Virus record (IMG/VR): IMGVR_UViG_3300020815_000001
DNA: 42,839 nucleotides
Source of the DNA: a virus
Reading direction: 5' to 3' (one strand)
Shown here: piece after piece, positions 39,891 through 42,839 of the stretch
How positions within the stretch are numbered: the stretch's first letter is position 1
Layout of the letters: the number at the start of each line of letters is the position of its first letter
Notes under the pieces: generated by a model
Database searches by the model: none
Told to the model about the DNA's origin: nothing
The model's input: only the letters and a program-made list of their open reading frames with translations
Made by a program: the position numbers and the translations under genes

Positions 39891-40459
39891 AACTTGTCGA
39901 TATTTTGGCGCGGGAATTGAAGGTTTGGCCGGAAGGTTATGGCGACATAGGTCAGGCTGAATCAGGAAAACTGCATGTTGTTACGGGGTGGAATTACCGG
40001 ATAGGCTGGACATCTGAGTCTTACACTCAAGCCGAAGACTGGGCTTCCGCAGTTATCACCCGCACCGAATGGCAGGCCGCAGTCGATGCTCTGAATGCGC
40101 CGAAGGTTGTTGAGTGGGATGGCAAAGGAATGCCGCCAGTTGGGGTGGACTGCGAGTACCGTGTCGGCGGTGGCACTTGGTTCGAGTGCAACATCCGCTA
40201 CGTCACCAAGCCATATATCGACTGCCCTGTGGAGGTCGTGATGTTCGCACGGCACCTCAAGGGCGAGCAAACCGGCGTGGCCGGGGAAGGAGAAGGCGAG
40301 GTTTCGTTCCGCCCCATCCGCACGCCCGAGCAGATCACGGCGGATGCTCGGGAGAAGGCAGTGCGCGAGGTATATGACTCTTGCAGCGGCCAAGGGCGTA
40401 GCGTGTTGGAAATGCTCGGCGAAGCCTACGACGCAGGACGTAAGCAGGTGGCGAAATGA
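39887..40459 (+). CDS. Hypothetical protein sharing a C-terminal domain with 32419..32946
   Basis: See the alignment under 32419..32946. ATGA coupled. Confidence 0.55.
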   Translation: MKLVDILARELKVWPEGYGDIGQAESGKLHVVTGWNYRIGWTSESYTQAEDWASAVITRTEWQAAVDALNAPKVVEWDGKGMPPVGVDCEYRVGGGTWFECNIRYVTKPYIDCPVEVVMFARHLKGEQTGVAGEGEGEVSFRPIRTPEQITADAREKAVREVYDSCSGQGRSVLEMLGEAYDAGRKQVAK

Positions 40460-40692
40460 GCATACCAGTCGTTAAGTGGATTCCAGGCGCGCCGAAGCAG
40501 CTCAAGGTCGGAATGGTGTTGAAGTCGGGCGCCGAGGTTAATCTGATCGGGACTGCGGACGTAGATCCAGAGTTCGCGCTTAGCATCGAGATGCGCAGCG
40601 GAAATCAAATCGAAGCCCATGGCCACCTAGTAGACGCCTACGTCCTAGAATGGATTGGGAATGACGGGATTGTTAAGGGGGTGTCGAGATGA
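40456..40692 (+). CDS. Hypothetical protein (78 aa)
   Basis: ATGA coupled on both sides. Confidence 0.5.
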   Translation: MSIPVVKWIPGAPKQLKVGMVLKSGAEVNLIGTADVDPEFALSIEMRSGNQIEAHGHLVDAYVLEWIGNDGIVKGVSR

Positions 40693-40943
40693 AGGTTTAC
40701 ATTACGAAGTATGCATTAACTGCCGGTATATTTTCTGTCGAGGCAAAGATTACCGATGGCAGCGACATGATCAGCTATCGCCCGGACGAAAAGAGTTTTT
40801 TGTGCCATGCGCATAAAGGTGAATGGCACTCCTGCGCCGACAAGGCCATAGCTCGCGCAGAAGAAATGCGCATTGCAAAGCTGAAGTCCTTGGATAAACA
40901 GGCAAAGAAAGTGTCGGCTATGGTCTTTGAGATAGCGCCATGA
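40689..40943 (+). CDS. Hypothetical protein (84 aa)
   Basis: ATGA coupled on both sides. Confidence 0.5.
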   Translation: MKVYITKYALTAGIFSVEAKITDGSDMISYRPDEKSFLCHAHKGEWHSCADKAIARAEEMRIAKLKSLDKQAKKVSAMVFEIAP

Positions 40944-41116
40944 CCGACACACCAAAGGGCCGCCCTTGCGCGGCCTGCGGTTCGCCGCTTTCTGATATCC
41001 GAAGCCAGTTTGTGCGAATCTGCTCAAATGGAAAGTGCGGGAAAACCGAACAATGGAATTTAGATCCGGGTCAGGCTCCTTTGCTGGGCGAGTCTCGGGA
41101 TAGGGGGATGGCATGA
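40940..41116 (+). CDS. Micro-ORF: 58-aa zinc-ribbon-like protein
   Basis: MTDTPKGRPCAACGSPLSDIRSQFVRICSNGKCGK... (CxxC...CxxxxC). ATGA overlaps at both ends. Confidence 0.6.
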   Translation: MTDTPKGRPCAACGSPLSDIRSQFVRICSNGKCGKTEQWNLDPGQAPLLGESRDRGMA

Positions 41117-41349
41117 GTAGATTTTTAGCGGTAGTTCACGGATGGCACGTCGAAAGCAAAGGCTTTGATGTTCATGAGCTGAAGGCGGACAACAAAAAAG
41201 ACGCGGATCGAGAGGCATGCTGGCTGATGCATGAGCGCGATAAAACCTTCGACCGATGCGCCTACACCCTGATTGAGATTGAAGTGGGTGATCGCCTTGT
41301 TCGCCGACTTACTTGGCGAGAGCGCATTACGGGATGGCTGAACCCATGA
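41113..41349 (+). CDS. Hypothetical protein (78 aa)
   Basis: ATGA coupled. Confidence 0.5.
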   Translation: MSRFLAVVHGWHVESKGFDVHELKADNKKDADREACWLMHERDKTFDRCAYTLIEIEVGDRLVRRLTWRERITGWLNP

Positions 41350-41948
41350 TAGCCAAGCCTCCTCGACCAAAGAAATGCAGAAACCCAGCGTGCGGCCAGT
41401 CATTCGCGCCGCAACGCATTGGGCAGCACGTATGTAGTCCATTGTGCGGCCTTGCAATCAAGGATGTGAATCAGGACAAGGCCAAGAAGGCGATGGCTCA
41501 CACGGAGCGTCTGGAGCATAGAGAGGCAAAGAAAGGACTCAAGAAAAGATCCGACTACATGCGAGAGGCACAGACCGCTTGGAATCGATATGTTCGGGCG
41601 CGGGATTTAGGACTTCCCTGTGCAAGCTGTGGGGCGACGCCAAGTCAAAAGCTTGGCGGGACAATGGACTGCTCTCATTATCGAAGTGTAGGTAGCGCTC
41701 CGCATCTCAGGTTTCATCTGCACAATGCTGCAGCTGCATGCGTTCGTTGCAACCGAAATCTAAGCGGTAACATCGTAGAACTGCGCAAAGGGATGATAGA
41801 CAGGATTGGATCAGAAAAGATTGAGGCGGTAGAGCGGGATCAGTCCGTAAAGAAATTCACCATTGAATATCTGGTTAGACTGAAAAAAATCTTTTATAAG
41901 AAAGCAAGAATACTTGAATCAAGGAAAAATAATTATGAGCACCAATAG
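41346..41948 (+). CDS. ninG: NinG/Rap-family recombination endonuclease
   Basis: PKKCRNPACGQSF...CSPLCG and LPCASCGA...DCSHYRSVGSAPHLRFHLHNAAAACVRCNRNLSGN parallel lambda NinG. ATG 41346 forms an ATGA overlap. Confidence 0.85.
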   Translation: MIAKPPRPKKCRNPACGQSFAPQRIGQHVCSPLCGLAIKDVNQDKAKKAMAHTERLEHREAKKGLKKRSDYMREAQTAWNRYVRARDLGLPCASCGATPSQKLGGTMDCSHYRSVGSAPHLRFHLHNAAAACVRCNRNLSGNIVELRKGMIDRIGSEKIEAVERDQSVKKFTIEYLVRLKKIFYKKARILESRKNNYEHQ

Positions 41949-42474
41949 TGCATCCCTGACGGCCGATAGACTAAGAGAGATCCTAGATTATTGTAAGGAT
42001 GGCGGTGTTTTTTATTGGCGCGATGAGGTCAGAATTGGCTTTAATAAATCGGTTGTTTCCCACAGGTCTGGTGATCGAGCGGGAACAAAAAGAAAGACGG
42101 ATGGCAGGATAATAATAAGGATTGATGGGAAGACTTATCTGGGATACAGGCTTGCATGGCTTTGGGTAACTGGAGGATGGCCTTTATCCGAAATCGATCA
42201 TATTGATGGAGATCCGACTAATGATCGATTCTCAAACCTTAGAGATGCCAGCAGAACCAAGAATCAGGAGAACATGAGGCTTCCACAAAAGACGAAGGAG
42301 TCAAGCGCTTTCCTAGGGGTTTATGCAAATAAGAAAGGTAGAAAAAAGCGTTGGCGGTCGGCTATTTCTGTAGCGGGCAAGCAAATAAGCCTAGGGGCTT
42401 TCTATAATGAGATAGACGCCTACGAAGCTTATGTACACGCAAAAAGAAATCTCCATGAAGGATGTACTATTTAA
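41935..42474 (+). CDS. HNH (HNH_3-type) homing endonuclease with C-terminal AP2 domain
   Basis: EIDHIDGDPTNDRFSNLRDASRTKNQEN plus FLGVYANKKGRKKRWRSAISVAGKQISLGAFYNEIDAYEAY. The segment is AT-rich. It overlaps the ninG 3' end by 14 nt. Confidence 0.8.
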   Translation: MSTNSASLTADRLREILDYCKDGGVFYWRDEVRIGFNKSVVSHRSGDRAGTKRKTDGRIIIRIDGKTYLGYRLAWLWVTGGWPLSEIDHIDGDPTNDRFSNLRDASRTKNQENMRLPQKTKESSAFLGVYANKKGRKKRWRSAISVAGKQISLGAFYNEIDAYEAYVHAKRNLHEGCTI

Positions 42475-42520
42475 GCACTACCGGGCGCTTGTCCGGGAGA
42501 TGAAAAAGCACATGTGAAAC

Positions 42521-42568
42521 CGCGCCACGTTTTTACTTTAATAGTAAATCGTGGCGCGACTTATTTTT
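42521..42568 (+). terminator. Intrinsic terminator after the HNH gene
   Basis: CGCGCCACG/CGTGGCGCG 9-bp stem extended by a TTTACT/AGTAAA inner stem, followed by acTTaTTTTTa. Confidence 0.65.
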
Positions 42569-42599
42569 ACGGCGTGGACTACCGAAAGCAGGTGAGAAA

Positions 42600-42839
42600 A
42601 TGAGCGAATGGATCAAGTGTAGTGAAAGGCTGCCAGAAAAACTTGAACGGTCTGAATTTTCAGACAGCGATCTAGATTATAATTTTTCTGCCGATGTAAT
42701 AATTAAGGCCAACAAAGAGGATAGGGGATTTTTCCGGATTTATCCTGATGGCGAAGCTCCAGCGTATTATGATTTTGATGACGAGGTATGGTGCTGGAGT
42801 GAATTTTCTGGATCGCCAATGCTTAGACCTGACTTTTGG
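42600..42839 (+). CDS. DUF551-like protein, 5' part (continues at 142..159 after the duplicated 141 nt; full product 85 aa)
   Basis: MSEWIKCSERLPEK..., a paralogue of 39031..39222. SD AGGTGAG. The ORF is open to the window end. Confidence 0.75.
   Translation, partial: MSEWIKCSERLPEKLERSEFSDSDLDYNFSADVIIKANKEDRGFFRIYPDGEAPAYYDFDDEVWCWSEFSGSPMLRPDFW
42699..42839. repeat. Terminal direct duplication, copy 2 (identical to 1..141)
   Basis: Read directly. Confidence 0.95.

Overview
This window is a complete, circularly closed dsDNA tailed-phage genome. The first 141 nt are identical to the last 141 nt, giving a unit length of 42,698 bp. One gene, a DUF551-like protein, runs across the junction. 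Family names below come from motifs I recognise by eye and from gene order, not from any search.

**Layout**
- **Minus strand, 169..22916: late operon.** In transcription order it encodes a secreted small protein, TerS, TerL, portal, a Mu-F-like head protein, protease/scaffold, a decoration-like protein and the major capsid. Neck proteins follow, then a contractile-tail module and a lysis cassette.
  - The tail module has sheath, tube, chaperone pair, tape measure with an SLT domain, hub, V/W/J/DUF2612 baseplate proteins, a repeat-rich tail fibre and a fibre assembly protein.
  - The chaperone pair carries a T_TTT_TTA -1 frameshift site.
  - The lysis cassette has two membrane proteins, an SLT-like endolysin, and Rz with Rz1 embedded in it.
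- **22967..23848: non-coding block.** It holds an intrinsic terminator, a tRNA-like minihelix and three tandem minus-strand tRNAs (Gly-UCC-like, Tyr-GUA, CAU). Upstream of these lies a roughly 460-nt ORF-poor, helix-dense segment. I consider this segment the best candidate for an undescribed structured RNA.
- **Minus strand, 23849..34716: leftward early operon.** It consists of about 30 mostly small genes, including a RecT plus YqaJ-exonuclease pair, two tandem double-HTH paralogues, an internally duplicated CopB/RepB-like regulator and a degenerate HNH/AP2-like gene. Several micro-ORFs here fall below the ORF-track cut-off.
- **34837..34918: back-to-back divergent sigma70-like promoters.**
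- **Plus strand, 34946 to the window end: rightward operon.** In order: Cro-like HTH, T5orf172/GIY-YIG-like protein, DUF1376 replication protein with iteron-like repeats, DnaC-like loader, NinB, NinX/DUF2591, DUF551, Rha/KilAC antirepressor-like protein, NinG and an intact HNH-AP2 endonuclease.

**General observations**
- Translational coupling is pervasive. More than 25 gene junctions are ATGA, GTGA or TTGA overlaps.
- I found no integrase, CI-type repressor, reverse transcriptase, CRISPR array or Q-like late regulator.
- Three intergenic elements share one unusual architecture: a long perfect-stem hairpin, a loop complementary to flanking sequence, and a U7 tract. They lie upstream of recT, inside the early operon, and between ninB and ninX.
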